64,000 nucleotides of DNA, taken from NCBI GenBank assembly GCA_965248445.1, contig CBDFJG010000003.1, positions 1,472,001 to 1,536,000 of the forward strand, written 5' to 3'. Source of the DNA: Planctomycetota bacterium (GTDB lineage Bacteria; Planctomycetota; JAJSAM01; JAJVHW01). Numbering within the stretch: the stretch's first letter is position 1; each line of letters begins with the position of its first letter. The translations under genes were made by a program, and so were the position numbers. The notes under the pieces are model-generated. The model did no database searches. It worked only from the letters and a program-made list of their open reading frames with translations, and was not told the origin of the DNA. This document shows positions 30,211 to 40,379 of the stretch, one piece after another.

Positions 30211-30780
30211 ATGCGTGCGCGCCCCCTGACGACCGACTTCTTCGCCCGGAATACTCTCGACGTGGCGCGGGAACTGATCGGCGCGGTCATCGAAGTCGGC
30301 GACGTGTCCGGCCGTATTGTCGAGACCGAGGCGTACCGGGGTGATCCGGCGTCGCACTTCGTCACCCGCCCCCGCACGGGACGGATGATGGGGACGACCC
30401 ACGGGCACCTGTACGTCTACAGCATCTACGGAATGCACCACTGCGTGAACGTCACGACGGAGCGCGACCACCCGGGCGCTGTGCTGCTCCGTGCGATCGA
30501 GCCGCTCACGGGTCTCGATGAAATGAGCGGCCGCCGCGGAGGACGGACCGGCCGCGACATCGGCAGTGGTCCCGCGAAGCTCGTGGTCGCCCTGGGGATC
30601 CGGCCGGATTGGACCGGACGCCCCGTCGACGACGAACTGACCATTCGCGCGCGAACAGCAAGCCCCGACATCGCGACCGGGCCGCGGATCGGGATCTCGC
30701 AGGCGGTCGAGCTGCCCTGGCGCTTCTACGAACGCGGCAATCTGCACGTCTCCCGCGCGCGGCGGGTCACGACGCCGTGA
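30211..30780 (+). CDS. mpg: DNA-3-methyladenine glycosylase (AAG/MPG type)
   Basis: IVETEAY, DPASH, YVYSIYGMH, AVLLRA, GPAKL and RIGIS motifs. Confidence 0.93.
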   Translation: MRARPLTTDFFARNTLDVARELIGAVIEVGDVSGRIVETEAYRGDPASHFVTRPRTGRMMGTTHGHLYVYSIYGMHHCVNVTTERDHPGAVLLRAIEPLTGLDEMSGRRGGRTGRDIGSGPAKLVVALGIRPDWTGRPVDDELTIRARTASPDIATGPRIGISQAVELPWRFYERGNLHVSRARRVTTP

Positions 30781-30998
30781 ACACCTGGTTCGTCTTCTGG
30801 CTGTGCCTCGGAGGCGTGTTCGGTGTGGCGAGCCTGATGACACGCAGCGTTCACGTGTTCACGTTCTCGCTGGCCGCCCTCGTCAGCGCGGGAGCGGCCT
30901 ACGCCGAAGCGGCGGTCCCGCTCCAGTGGGGTGCGTACGCGCTGCTCTCGGTCGCGCTGCTCTTCGCCGTCGAGCGGCTCCCGTTCGTGCGCGGCTAG
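30777..30998 (+). CDS. Small membrane protein resembling the hydrophobic N-terminal half of NfeD/YbbJ
   Basis: GTGA overlap with mpg; 73 aa, almost wholly hydrophobic, with a LQW motif. Confidence 0.6.
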   Translation: MNTWFVFWLCLGGVFGVASLMTRSVHVFTFSLAALVSAGAAYAEAAVPLQWGAYALLSVALLFAVERLPFVRG

Positions 30999-31007
30999 GT
31001 CGCGCGG

Positions 31008-31871
31008 CTAGTCCGCTCGGCGCGGATCGCCTGCGCGCTTGCGAGACAGTTGCTCGCCGTGCGCCACCGCGCGCACGATCCGCGCCAGCTGGTCCACGCC
31101 GTCGCTGAGCGCAGCCGGTCCCGGCTGCAGGATGTAGGTGCTCTTGATCTCGTAGATCTGGTCGTCGCGCACGGCGCGCACAGCGTCCCAGCCGGGTCGC
31201 GCGACGATCTTCTCCCGCAGCACCTTCTTCCCGCACCAGGAGGCGATGACGACCTCGGGATCTCGGCGGGCGATGTCCTCCGGATCGACGATGCGTCCGG
31301 AGGCGCCCTGTTCCTCGCGGACTTCGGGGCAGATGTCCTCGCCGCCCACGATCTCCACCAGCTCCGCCACCCACCGGATGCCGGAGATCAGCGGCTCGTG
31401 CCACTCTTCGAAGAACACCCGCGGGCAGCGCGGCAGATCGGCAGCGGCCGCTGCGTGCTCCCGCAGGTTGGCCTCCAGCCGTCCGGCCAGTTCATCGCCG
31501 CGCTCCGCGAGTCCGACGAGTCCCGCAACGACACGAACGGTCTGCAGACACTCCGCAACGGAGCGCTGGTTGAAAACGTACACCGGCACCCCCCGCTTGA
31601 TCAGGTCCTGCGCGATGTCCGCCTGCAGATCGCTGAACCCCAGCACCAGGTCGGGTTCGAGAGCCAGGATCTCGTCGATCTTGGCGGTGATGAACGCGCT
31701 GATCTTGGGCTTCTCGCGCGCTTCGGGCGGCCGCACCGTGTAGCCGGAGATGCCCACCACGCGGTCCCCCGCTCCGATCGTGTAGAGGATCTCGGTCGTC
31801 TCCTCGGTCATGCAGATCACGCGCTCTGGAAAGCGGGGCGCGGACGCGAGCAGATCGTCGAGCGATTCCAC
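31008..31871 (-). CDS. Cobalamin/Fe-siderophore binding protein family (BtuF-like), no signal peptide
   Basis: PERVICMTEETTE, VVGISG, EPDLV and ILQPGP motifs. Confidence 0.85.
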   Translation of the reverse strand: MESLDDLLASAPRFPERVICMTEETTEILYTIGAGDRVVGISGYTVRPPEAREKPKISAFITAKIDEILALEPDLVLGFSDLQADIAQDLIKRGVPVYVFNQRSVAECLQTVRVVAGLVGLAERGDELAGRLEANLREHAAAAADLPRCPRVFFEEWHEPLISGIRWVAELVEIVGGEDICPEVREEQGASGRIVDPEDIARRDPEVVIASWCGKKVLREKIVARPGWDAVRAVRDDQIYEIKSTYILQPGPAALSDGVDQLARIVRAVAHGEQLSRKRAGDPRRAD

Positions 31872-32192
31872 CTAAGTGCGTTCGGTTTTCACGGCCGTTC
31901 CGTAGGCGAGCATCTCGGCCGCGCCGGCCATCACAGCGCTGGTCGTGTACCGGATGTTCACGACGGCGTCCGCGCCGAGCGTTTCCGCTTCCTGCATCAG
32001 CCGGGACTCTGCCTGGCTGCGCGCCTCGGAGAGCATCTCGGTGTAGCCGCCGATCTCGCCTCCGACGATCGACTTCAACCCCGCCATGAAGTCACGGCCC
32101 ACGTGCTTTGCGCGCACCGTGCTGCCCTTGACGATGCCCAGGACCTCGGTGATGCGGTGTCCGGGGACACCCTCTGTCGTGCACACGATCAT
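31872..32192 (-). CDS. YbjQ/UPF0145 family protein
   Basis: GLKSIVGGEI, GADAVV and LAYGTAV motifs; GGAGG upstream. Confidence 0.9.
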   Translation of the reverse strand: MIVCTTEGVPGHRITEVLGIVKGSTVRAKHVGRDFMAGLKSIVGGEIGGYTEMLSEARSQAESRLMQEAETLGADAVVNIRYTTSAVMAGAAEMLAYGTAVKTERT

Positions 32193-32202
32193 CTCGTCCC
32201 TC

Positions 32203-32652
32203 CTAGCTGAACTGTTCGACGATGGACATGATGAACGCGGCGGCGAGGATCGAGTACGCGATCGCCACCGGGACCCACAGAATCTTGATCCCCAGGAGCA
32301 TGAAGCCGGTCGGGACGGTCGCCGCGTTCCTCCGCCCCGCCGCGATCTCCGTCGCCACGTTGGTCGCGTCCACGACGCCCCAGATCCACGGGACCACCAG
32401 AGCCGCCAGCAGGAAGATCGCGACACCCTTGACCCACTGGCCGTTGTAGACCTGGCCGGTCCCCGGGAGGACCAGAGAGAAGACCGCGGCGAGCCAGGGC
32501 TTCTGTGTGACCCGTCCCACACCGCAGCCGCTGCAGAACGAGCACGAGTTGACGGTCGTTGTGCAGATCGCGCAGACGTCCTTGCGGCACGCGATGCACC
32601 GCGCGGTGGCCGGCGTGGCGTGGTGGAAGGCGCAGTTCGCGCTCTCGCTCAC
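32203..32652 (-). CDS. B-box-like zinc finger plus membrane domain protein
   Basis: CAFH..CIAC..CAIC..CSGC, then KPWLAAVFSLVLPGTGQVYNG. Confidence 0.78.
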   Translation of the reverse strand: MSESANCAFHHATPATARCIACRKDVCAICTTTVNSCSFCSGCGVGRVTQKPWLAAVFSLVLPGTGQVYNGQWVKGVAIFLLAALVVPWIWGVVDATNVATEIAAGRRNAATVPTGFMLLGIKILWVPVAIAYSILAAAFIMSIVEQFS

Positions 32653-33098
32653 CGCGGCCGCACCTGGAAGCGCGCGCGGACGAGCGGGTCTTCGCGCCAG
32701 ACGCTGGCGCTCTGCGGCACGTACTCGAGATCGATCCGGTCCGCTCCGGGTGCAACGGTCTCTCCGCGCAGCATGGCCGTCAATCCAGCGGTTTCGGCGT
32801 CGTCCTCGCTCGGCGCGCTGTCGCAGGATGCGCGCACGACCGGTGTTGCCAGGCCCATCGCAGCGAACGTCGCCACGAGTCCCGCGAGATCCTTCGAGCG
32901 GCCCGCGAACGACTGGAGCGCGCGGACCGTCGAGCGTTCCACACCGCCGCCGGCCTGTGACGCGGCTTCGAGCACGCGGGGGAGCAACTCGGAGATGTCG
33001 GCGCCCCAAACGTCGACCCAGCACGCGCCGCCGTCGTCCTCGGGCGGCTCGATCCGGAAACCCCCTTTGAAGGGTGTCTCCCCGGCGTCGCCGCTCAC
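32649..33098 (-). CDS. Hypothetical protein with weak archease-like features
   Basis: GTGA coupling with the next gene; VDVWGADISELL segment. Confidence 0.55.
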   Translation of the reverse strand: MSGDAGETPFKGGFRIEPPEDDGGACWVDVWGADISELLPRVLEAASQAGGGVERSTVRALQSFAGRSKDLAGLVATFAAMGLATPVVRASCDSAPSEDDAETAGLTAMLRGETVAPGADRIDLEYVPQSASVWREDPLVRARFQVRPR

Positions 33099-33102
33099 GG
33101 AG

Positions 33103-34266
33103 TCAGAGTCCGGTGCCGCCGCTGAGGAGCGCGCGGCTGATGATCATTCGCTGGATCTCGCTCGTGCCCTCGCCGATCTCGTTCAGCTTGGCGTCGCGAT
33201 AGATGCGCTCGACCTCGTACTCGCGCACGTAGCCGTAGCCGCCCATGATCTGGATCGCGGCGTCGGCCGCGCGGGTGCCGGCTTCGCTGGCGAACAGCTT
33301 CGCTATCGACGCCTCTTTCCCGAACGGCAGACCGGCGTCCTTCAGCATCGCGGCGTGATAGACGAGGTGCCGCGCGGCCTCGACGTCTGCGGCGATGTTC
33401 GCGAGCTTGTGCCCGATCTCCTGGTGACCCGAGATCGGCTTGCCGAACGCCTCGCGCTCCTTGGAGTACGCGAGCGCACGCTCCAGGGCGCCGATCGCGC
33501 ATCCCAGTCCGAGTGCACCGATGCTGATGCGTCCGCCTTCGAGCGTTCTCATGAAGCTCGAGAAGCCGTCGCCGATCCGGTCCGGACCGCCGAGCACGGC
33601 GCTCTCCGGAATGCGCATGTCCTCGAAGTGCATCATGCGCGTGTCGGACGCTCGCATGCCGAGCTTCTTCTCGGCCTTCCCGACGACGAGGCCGGGCGTG
33701 CCCTGCTCGACGACGAACGCCGTGATCTCGTTGCGGCCGTTGTCCTGCTTCCCCGTGATCGCTGTGAACACGATCGTGGATGCGTACGAGCCGTTCGTGC
33801 AGTACATCTTCGAACCGTTGACGACGAAGTCCTCGCCATCGCGGTCGGCGACCGACTTGATGCCCTGCGCATCGCTCCCCGCATCCGGCTCCGTGAGGCC
33901 GAACGCGCCGATCGTCTCGCCCGTGGCGAGCGACGGGAGGTACTTCTGCTTCTGCTCCTCGGTGCCGAACGCCATGATCGGCGAGATCGCGAGGCCGACG
34001 TGCGCAGCAACGCCGAGCGCTGTGCTCGCGCAGTGCCGCGAGATCTCCTCCATCAGGATCGCGTTGCTGACGGTGTCGAGGGCGAGGCCGCCGTACTCCT
34101 CGGGAACCGTGATCCCGAGGAAGCCGAGTTCGCCCATCGCTTTCATGTTGTCGAGCGGGAACTCACCCGATGCGTCGATCTCGATCGCCCGCGGCTTGAT
34201 GCGCTCCTCGACGAACTCGCGGATTCCCTCTCGGAGCATCTGGTGGTCTTCGGTCAGGTAGAGCAT
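33103..34266 (-). CDS. Acyl-CoA dehydrogenase
   Basis: [24 protein letters not shown] and IGEGTSEIQ motifs. Confidence 0.94.
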   Translation of the reverse strand: MLYLTEDHQMLREGIREFVEERIKPRAIEIDASGEFPLDNMKAMGELGFLGITVPEEYGGLALDTVSNAILMEEISRHCASTALGVAAHVGLAISPIMAFGTEEQKQKYLPSLATGETIGAFGLTEPDAGSDAQGIKSVADRDGEDFVVNGSKMYCTNGSYASTIVFTAITGKQDNGRNEITAFVVEQGTPGLVVGKAEKKLGMRASDTRMMHFEDMRIPESAVLGGPDRIGDGFSSFMRTLEGGRISIGALGLGCAIGALERALAYSKEREAFGKPISGHQEIGHKLANIAADVEAARHLVYHAAMLKDAGLPFGKEASIAKLFASEAGTRAADAAIQIMGGYGYVREYEVERIYRDAKLNEIGEGTSEIQRMIISRALLSGGTGL

Positions 34267-34278
34267 GTCTTCGGTTCC

Positions 34279-35421
34279 CTACCCGAGCATGTGCCTGGAG
34301 ATGACGAGACGCTGGATCTCGGTGGTGCCCTCGTAGATCTCGGTGATGCGCGCATCGCGCATGTACCGCTCCACGGGGAAGTCCTCGAGATAGCCGGCGC
34401 CGCCGTGGATCTGTACCGCCTCGCGAGCGACCCAGTTCGAGCTCTGCGATGCGATCAGCTTCGCTTCGGACGCGGCCAGAGAGTGCTCCTCGCCCGCGTC
34501 CTTCAGAAAGGCCGCACGGAGCGTCATCAGTTCCGCGGCGTCGGTGCGCGCCTGCATCTCCGCGAGTTTCGCGCGGATCGCCCCGAAGTGGCCGATGGGC
34601 TTGCCGAACGCGTGGCGCTCCTTCGCGTACTTCACCGATGCCTCGATGGCCGCGCGCGAGATCCCCACCGCCTGCGACGCGATCCCGATCCGGCCGCCAT
34701 CCAGGATCTTCATGGCGATCGGGAACCCGCGCCCCACTTCGCCGAGCAGGTTGGCGCGGGGAACGCGAACGTCGTCGAACACGATTTCGCAGGTCGACGA
34801 CGCGCGGATGCCGAGCTTCTGCTCCTTCTTGGAGACGCGGAACCCGGGCATCCCCTTCTCGACGACGAGACACGAGATCCCGTGATGCTTCTTCGCCTCG
34901 CGCGACGTGCGGACGAATGCGATCAGGATGTCAGCGTGCGTCGCGCTCGTGACCCAGAGCTTCGTGCCGCTGATCACGAAGTCGTCGCCGTCTTCGCGCG
35001 CGGCGCAGGTGAGCGCCGCGGCGTCCGAACCCGAGCCCGCCTCGGACAGCGAGTACGCACCGAGGTGCTCACCGGACGCGAGTCGCGGCAGGAAGCGCTG
35101 CTTCTGCTCCTCGGTGCCCGCGATCATGATCGCGGCGCAACAGAGTGAGTTGTGCACCGACAGCGTCACGCCGGTCGATGCGCAGGCTCCGTTGACCTCG
35201 ATCAGCGCGAGTGACAGCTCGAGGTTGCCGAGTCCGGCGCCTCCGTACTGCTCCGGCACGACGACCCCGGTGAAGCCGTACTCGGCCGCCTTTTTGAACT
35301 GGTCGATCGGGAAGGTCTCGGTGCGATCCCGTTCGGCGGCGCCCGGCGCGACGTGCGTCTCCGCGAAGTCGCGGGCGGCGTCGCGCACCATCTGCTGCTC
35401 TTCGGTCAGGCGAAAGTCCAT
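34279..35421 (-). CDS. Acyl-CoA dehydrogenase
   Basis: LSEAGSGSDA, KLGIRAS, QIHGGAG and IYEGTTEIQ motifs. Confidence 0.94.
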   Translation of the reverse strand: MDFRLTEEQQMVRDAARDFAETHVAPGAAERDRTETFPIDQFKKAAEYGFTGVVVPEQYGGAGLGNLELSLALIEVNGACASTGVTLSVHNSLCCAAIMIAGTEEQKQRFLPRLASGEHLGAYSLSEAGSGSDAAALTCAAREDGDDFVISGTKLWVTSATHADILIAFVRTSREAKKHHGISCLVVEKGMPGFRVSKKEQKLGIRASSTCEIVFDDVRVPRANLLGEVGRGFPIAMKILDGGRIGIASQAVGISRAAIEASVKYAKERHAFGKPIGHFGAIRAKLAEMQARTDAAELMTLRAAFLKDAGEEHSLAASEAKLIASQSSNWVAREAVQIHGGAGYLEDFPVERYMRDARITEIYEGTTEIQRLVISRHMLG

Positions 35422-35436
35422 CGAGTCCCCGGCGCG

Positions 35437-36294
35437 TCAGCCGCTGTAATCGTAGAAACCGCGGCCGCTCTTGCGGCCCAGCAATCCCGCGGCCACCATA
35501 CGGCGCAGCAGCGGGCACGGGCGGTACTTCGGGTCGCCCAGCTCGCTGTGCAGCACGTTCAGGATCGACAGGCACACGTCGAGGCCGATGAAGTCCGCGA
35601 GCTGAAGCGGACCCATCGGGTGGTTGCAGCCGAGCTTCATCACGTCGTCGATGGCCCGCTCGTTCGCAACGCCCTCCATGAGCGTGAAGCACGCCTCGTT
35701 GATCATGGGCATCAGGATGCGGTTCGCCACGAAGCCCGGATAGTCGTTCGCCTCGACGGCCGTCTTGCCGAGCGAGTCGACTGCGTCCGTAATCGTCTTC
35801 ATCGTCGCGTCGTTGGTGAGGTGGCCGCGGATGACCTCGACGAGCCGCATGAGCGGGACCGGGTTCATGAAGTGCATGCCGATGACCTGGCCGGGCCGCA
35901 AGGTGGCAGCGCCGATGGTGGTGATCGAGATCGACGACGTGTTCGACGCGAGGATCGTCTCCGTCGCGCAGATCTGATCGAGCTGGCCGAACACGGCGCG
36001 CTTGACGTTCTCGCTCTCGACGATCGCCTCGACCACGAGGTCCATGTCGGCCACCGCATCGATCGAAGTGCTCGTGCTGAGCAGTCCCTTGGCCTGCGCG
36101 ACCGCCTCGTCGGCGTCGCCGCCCTTCTTCGTCGCGATCTTGTGAATCGACTTCTCGATGCGCGCCGTCGCCTTGCCGAGGATCGCGTCGTCCTGATCGA
36201 CGAGGACGACGCTCCGGCCCGTCATCGCGAACACCTGCGCGATGCCGTTGCCCATCGTCCCGGCGCCGATCACGCCCACCTTGTCGATGCTCAT
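35437..36294 (-). CDS. hbd: 3-hydroxybutyryl-CoA dehydrogenase
   Basis: GAGTMG, SNTSS, GMHFMNP and HPMGP motifs. Confidence 0.92.
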   Translation of the reverse strand: MSIDKVGVIGAGTMGNGIAQVFAMTGRSVVLVDQDDAILGKATARIEKSIHKIATKKGGDADEAVAQAKGLLSTSTSIDAVADMDLVVEAIVESENVKRAVFGQLDQICATETILASNTSSISITTIGAATLRPGQVIGMHFMNPVPLMRLVEVIRGHLTNDATMKTITDAVDSLGKTAVEANDYPGFVANRILMPMINEACFTLMEGVANERAIDDVMKLGCNHPMGPLQLADFIGLDVCLSILNVLHSELGDPKYRPCPLLRRMVAAGLLGRKSGRGFYDYSG

Positions 36295-36361
36295 CTGTTC
36301 TCGTCTCCCCTGACTCGACAGCTGACGCTGTCGATGTGTTTGCTGCTCAGTCTTCCGCGTG

Positions 36362-37543
36362 TCAGGCCATCTCGACGGACAGCGCCACGGCGTTGCCGCC
36401 GCCGAGGCAGAGGCCGGCGACGCCGCTCTTGCCACCCGTATCCGAGAGTGCGGAGAGGAGCGTGCAGATGATGCGTGCTCCCGTCGCGCCGATCGGGTGG
36501 CCGAGCGCAACTGCCCCGCCCCAGATGTTCGTCTTCTCGGCAGGGATCGCCAGCTCGCGGCCGACGGCGATCGACGCGGCGGAGAACGGCTCGTTCAGTT
36601 CGTACAGGTCGTACGAGGACTCCTGCGTGCCGGTCTGCTGCCACAGCTTGTTGACCGCGACCACCGGGGCCATCATCACCCACTCCGGCGCCGTACCAGC
36701 CGTCGCGTAGCTCGTGATCCGCGCGATCGGGTCGATGCCGAGTTCCTTGGCCTTGTCGGCCGAGGCGACAACGACCGCGGCGGCGCCGTCGTTGATCGAC
36801 GAGGCGTTCGCAGCGGTGACCGTGCCTTCCTTGTCGAAGGCCGGGCGCAGCTTCGCGAGCCCGTCCGCGCTGGTGCCGGCGCGCGGGCCCTCGTCCCGGT
36901 CGACGACCGTGACGTTGCCCTTGCGGTCCTTCACCTCGACGGAGACGACTTCCTTGCCGAGTTTCCCGGCATCCCACGCGGCGAGTGCGCGGCGGTGGCT
37001 CTCGGCAGCGAACTCGTCCTGCGCGCGGCGGGTGATCTCGTACTTCTTCGCGACGAGTTCGCCGGTGTTGCCCATGTGGAAGTCGTTGTAGACGTCCCAC
37101 AGACCGTCATGGACCATCGCGTCGACGAGCTGCCCGTGGCCCAGACGCAGTCCGGTGCGCGCCTTGGGGATCATGTAGGGCGCGTTGCTCATCGACTCCA
37201 TGCCGCCCGCGACGATGAGGTCGGCGTCGCCCGCCTTGATGGCCTGCGCGGCGAGCATCACGGACTTCATGCCCGATCCACACACCTTGTTCACCGTGAA
37301 CGAGCCGACGGTCTCGGGGATGCCTGCGCCCATCGCGGACTGTCGCGCCGGGTTCTGACCGACACCTGCCTGCAGCACGTTGCCGAGGATGACCTCTTCG
37401 ACGAGCGCGGGATCGATCTCGCGGCGGCGCAGCGCCTCGGCCACGGCGAACGCGCCCAGCTCCGGTGCGCGGAACTTGGACAGGCCGCCCTGGAACTTGC
37501 CGATCGGCGTCCGGGCGTAGGACAGGATCACGACGTCGCGCAT
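36362..37543 (-). CDS. Acetyl-CoA C-acetyltransferase (thiolase)
   Basis: [15 protein letters not shown] and CLGGG motifs. Confidence 0.93.
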   Translation of the reverse strand: MRDVVILSYARTPIGKFQGGLSKFRAPELGAFAVAEALRRREIDPALVEEVILGNVLQAGVGQNPARQSAMGAGIPETVGSFTVNKVCGSGMKSVMLAAQAIKAGDADLIVAGGMESMSNAPYMIPKARTGLRLGHGQLVDAMVHDGLWDVYNDFHMGNTGELVAKKYEITRRAQDEFAAESHRRALAAWDAGKLGKEVVSVEVKDRKGNVTVVDRDEGPRAGTSADGLAKLRPAFDKEGTVTAANASSINDGAAAVVVASADKAKELGIDPIARITSYATAGTAPEWVMMAPVVAVNKLWQQTGTQESSYDLYELNEPFSAASIAVGRELAIPAEKTNIWGGAVALGHPIGATGARIICTLLSALSDTGGKSGVAGLCLGGGNAVALSVEMA

Positions 37544-37690
37544 GGTGGTCTCCAAAGGGGTCGAACGGACACGTCCAGAGACGCTATCCGCGAACCCCTG
37601 ATCCTATTCCGCCCCAGGCTCGCCCGCGCACGAAACGGCGAGAGGAGGGGCGTGGTGGGCTCGGTCGGTGTCTCGCCGCGGACGCCAGCT

Positions 37691-37716
37691 GTAGGGGCGG
37701 GGTTCCACCCCCCTAC
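37691..37716 (+). repeat. Degenerate GTAG-type REP-like hairpin overlapping the hxlB stop codon
   Basis: Begins gtaggggcgggg like the other two copies and closes with cccctac. Confidence 0.5.
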
Positions 37717-38258
37717 TCGAGCTGCGTGTGTTGCTTCCGCATGTCCTTTTCGGAGACATCGAGCTTCTTCATCGCCAGGAGCGTGAGGGCGTCGCAGTAG
37801 AGCAAGAGGCTCTGCTCGAAGATCGTGCCCATGGGCTGGCGGCTCTTGCCGCCCTCCTCGACCGCGATCGTGAAGACGTGGTCCGCCTGCTTGGCCAGGG
37901 GCGTCTTGCCGCTCATCGTGATGAGCGCCGCCAGTGCGCCGTGCTCGTGCGCCTTCTCGATGTAGGTGCGCAGCGACCGGGACCGGCCGTAGCGGGAGCA
38001 GCAGATCAGGAGGTCGCCGCGTCCGATCGACGGCGTCGTCGTTTCCCCTACCACGAACACGTTCAGGTTCAGGTGCATCAGGCGCATCGTGAACGCGCGG
38101 GCCATCAGCCCGCTGCGGCCCATGCCGGCGACGAAGACGCGCTTCGCGCGGGCCATGAGCTCGACGAGTGCGTCCATCTCGTCGAGGTCCACCGCGGCCG
38201 CGACGACGGAGAGCTCGGCCAGGACGGCGTCTAGTGGATGGAGCGGATCAGATCCCAA
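37713..38258 (-). CDS. hxlB: SIS-domain 6-phospho-3-hexuloisomerase-like protein
   Basis: GMGRSG, MRLMHL, VGETTTP, QPMGTIFEQ and terminal H.QLE. Start approximate. Confidence 0.82.
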   Translation of the reverse strand: MGSDPLHPLDAVLAELSVVAAAVDLDEMDALVELMARAKRVFVAGMGRSGLMARAFTMRLMHLNLNVFVVGETTTPSIGRGDLLICCSRYGRSRSLRTYIEKAHEHGALAALITMSGKTPLAKQADHVFTIAVEEGGKSRQPMGTIFEQSLLLYCDALTLLAMKKLDVSEKDMRKQHTQLE

Positions 38259-39106
38259 CGGATCGCCTCGATCGGGAAGACCGGACCCTCCACACACGTC
38301 TTGCCGTAGCGGTACCCGTCCTCATGGCGGTCGGAGCGTAGCGGCACCACACAGCCTGCGCACGCGCCGTATCCGCAGGGCATGCTCTCCTCCGTCGAGA
38401 CCTGGCAGGGGAACTCGAGCCCGTCTTCGCGGGCGCTCTCGACGACCTTTGCCAGGCTCTTGAACATCGGGTTGGGGCCGCAGGCGAGGACCCGGACGCC
38501 CGGAGCGAGCAGCGGCTTCAACAGGTCGGTCACGTACCCGTGGTGCCCGCGACTCCCGTCATCGGTCGCCACCTGGACCTCGCACCCGAGCGCCTCGATG
38601 TCGTCGGCCAGGTAGACGTAGTCCGCGTTGCGGCCGCCGACCAGGTACGTCACCCGCTGCTCCGCGGACCGTTCGCGCAGTACCCGCGCCGTGATGAGAA
38701 AGGGGGCGGCCCCGACCCCGCCGGCAAGCATCACCATGTGCTCCGCGGGGGTGCCAAGGTCGTAGGGATGGCCGAGCGGTCCGAGCACCCCGATCGGCTC
38801 GCCGACCCGGCGCTCGGCCAGCGCCTGCGTGCCCACGCCGATCACGAGCTGTAGGATCACGATGCCGACGGGCTCTCCGCCCTCCCGCACGACGTCGCAG
38901 ACCGAGAAGGCGCGGGACAGCAACGGGTCGTCGGACTGACGGCAGCGCAGCATCACGAACTGACCGGCCTTGGTCCGCCGGGCGACCGCCGGAACGCGGA
39001 TTTCGAGCCTCCAGCAGTCGGGGGCGACGAGGTCGTTGCCCGTCACCACGCCGGTGTGGGCCAGGTCCCCCTCGTTCGGGTACTCGTGCGCGTCGCCGTG
39101 GCCCAT
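38231..39106 (-). CDS. pyrK: Dihydroorotate dehydrogenase electron transfer subunit-like flavo-Fe-S protein
   Basis: GQFVML, GPLG, GGVG, ACGP and MPCGYGACAGC..C motifs. Confidence 0.85.
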   Translation of the reverse strand: MGHGDAHEYPNEGDLAHTGVVTGNDLVAPDCWRLEIRVPAVARRTKAGQFVMLRCRQSDDPLLSRAFSVCDVVREGGEPVGIVILQLVIGVGTQALAERRVGEPIGVLGPLGHPYDLGTPAEHMVMLAGGVGAAPFLITARVLRERSAEQRVTYLVGGRNADYVYLADDIEALGCEVQVATDDGSRGHHGYVTDLLKPLLAPGVRVLACGPNPMFKSLAKVVESAREDGLEFPCQVSTEESMPCGYGACAGCVVPLRSDRHEDGYRYGKTCVEGPVFPIEAIRWDLIRSIH

Positions 39107-39120
39107 CGCGGCAATGTAAT

Positions 39121-40173
39121 ATGGACCCTGCGCAGCCGCCGCGGACTCCCCGTCCCGGGTCCCGGGAGGGGGGCGCGGCGGCCAGGGACGGGATCGTGTA
39201 CGAGCGAGCACGCTTCGACCAACAGATCGGTGAGTCCCTCCTGAAGGAGGTTCCCGAGGAGTGGTGCGCCGCCGTGCTCGTCCTGCGCATCGAGGAGGAC
39301 GGCACCGGCACGCTACGTTGCCGGCAAGCCGTGCGCGGTCCGGGCGGCAGCACCTTCCGCCCCGGCCCCGGTACACGCGCGGCCGTGGGTGAGCTGATCG
39401 AACACCTCGCTCTGCGTGACGACGTCTTTCGCGGCGCGAACTACGCGGTTGCTCAACAGGACGGCGAGTCGTCGCTGACGGCGGACTTCACTTACGACGA
39501 CAAGCCGCCGCGCGCATGGAGCCTTCCGTCGCTCGCAGAGAAGTACGCGCTCGTGTCCTGCGCCCGACAGCTCCGCCTCAAGCGGCGGGTGAAGCACGCA
39601 CATCGCGACCTCGACCTGCGCCTCGGCGAGCTGCGCTACCCCGAGATCCAACTCATGCTCCCTGTCCTGCTCATGGGGACGACGTTCGAGAAGGACGCGA
39701 CGTGGCACTGGGGCTGGGTGTCGCGCGACCACCCGCTCGAGCGCTGCATCGACAGCACGGGCGTGCACGAGACCGGTCTGCGCCACGGCGTTCCGGAGTT
39801 GATGTCCGACGTTGTCCCCCTCGACGCGTCGAAGGGTCACATCATGGCGGCCATCACCTCGTCGCTGACGAAGGCCGCCGCGTACGTGCGCGTGTCGGAA
39901 GGAGCGTGCGCGCAGTTCGTGGCGGTGTACGACGACGAACTCGCCGCGGAGCCGCTGTGCACGGCGGAGACCGTCGAGGACGTCCTCCGCGCCACCTTCG
40001 ACACCGGCTGGGTCACCAAGCCGCTGCGCGGCCTCAAGCACGGGATCGCCATGGTGGGCGGCAAGTTCGCGGGCAGTCAGGACGGCGCGTACGTCGGCGA
40101 ACTGGTCGACGGCACGCCGTTCCGCTGCGAGCTCGACGAGCACGGCAAGCTCGCCAAGGTCGTCACGACCTAG
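39121..40173 (+). CDS. Hypothetical two-domain protein (C-terminal part DUF6882-like)
   Basis: DLDLRLGEL..LMGT..TWHWGW motif; coding-like codon use. Start uncertain. Confidence 0.65.
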   Translation: MDPAQPPRTPRPGSREGGAAARDGIVYERARFDQQIGESLLKEVPEEWCAAVLVLRIEEDGTGTLRCRQAVRGPGGSTFRPGPGTRAAVGELIEHLALRDDVFRGANYAVAQQDGESSLTADFTYDDKPPRAWSLPSLAEKYALVSCARQLRLKRRVKHAHRDLDLRLGELRYPEIQLMLPVLLMGTTFEKDATWHWGWVSRDHPLERCIDSTGVHETGLRHGVPELMSDVVPLDASKGHIMAAITSSLTKAAAYVRVSEGACAQFVAVYDDELAAEPLCTAETVEDVLRATFDTGWVTKPLRGLKHGIAMVGGKFAGSQDGAYVGELVDGTPFRCELDEHGKLAKVVTT

Positions 40174-40379
40174 AGCGAGGCAGGCGCCGGCGAAGCGGAG
40201 CCCAGCCAGGCTCTAACGGTCCGCTCAGGAGGCGCGCCTGTACCATGGTCAGGGTCCGGCGTGGATCGCCGGGGCATAACGGCTCATCTCGCGCGTCCAA
40301 AGACCCGGGGAGCCGTGGGGCTCCGGTGCACCCGGGGCGAAGCGCGTCCCGGTCGTCGTCGCGACAGGGAGGGAACGCC

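Noticed and set aside
36315..36334. 8 bp hairpin between thiolase and hbd as a terminator
   Set aside because: No U-tract on the coding strand and it lies inside an operon; at most a stability element.
39516..40379. N-terminal extension of the 836 aa ORF
   Set aside because: It overlaps another gene. The real start with RBS and signal peptide is 40380.
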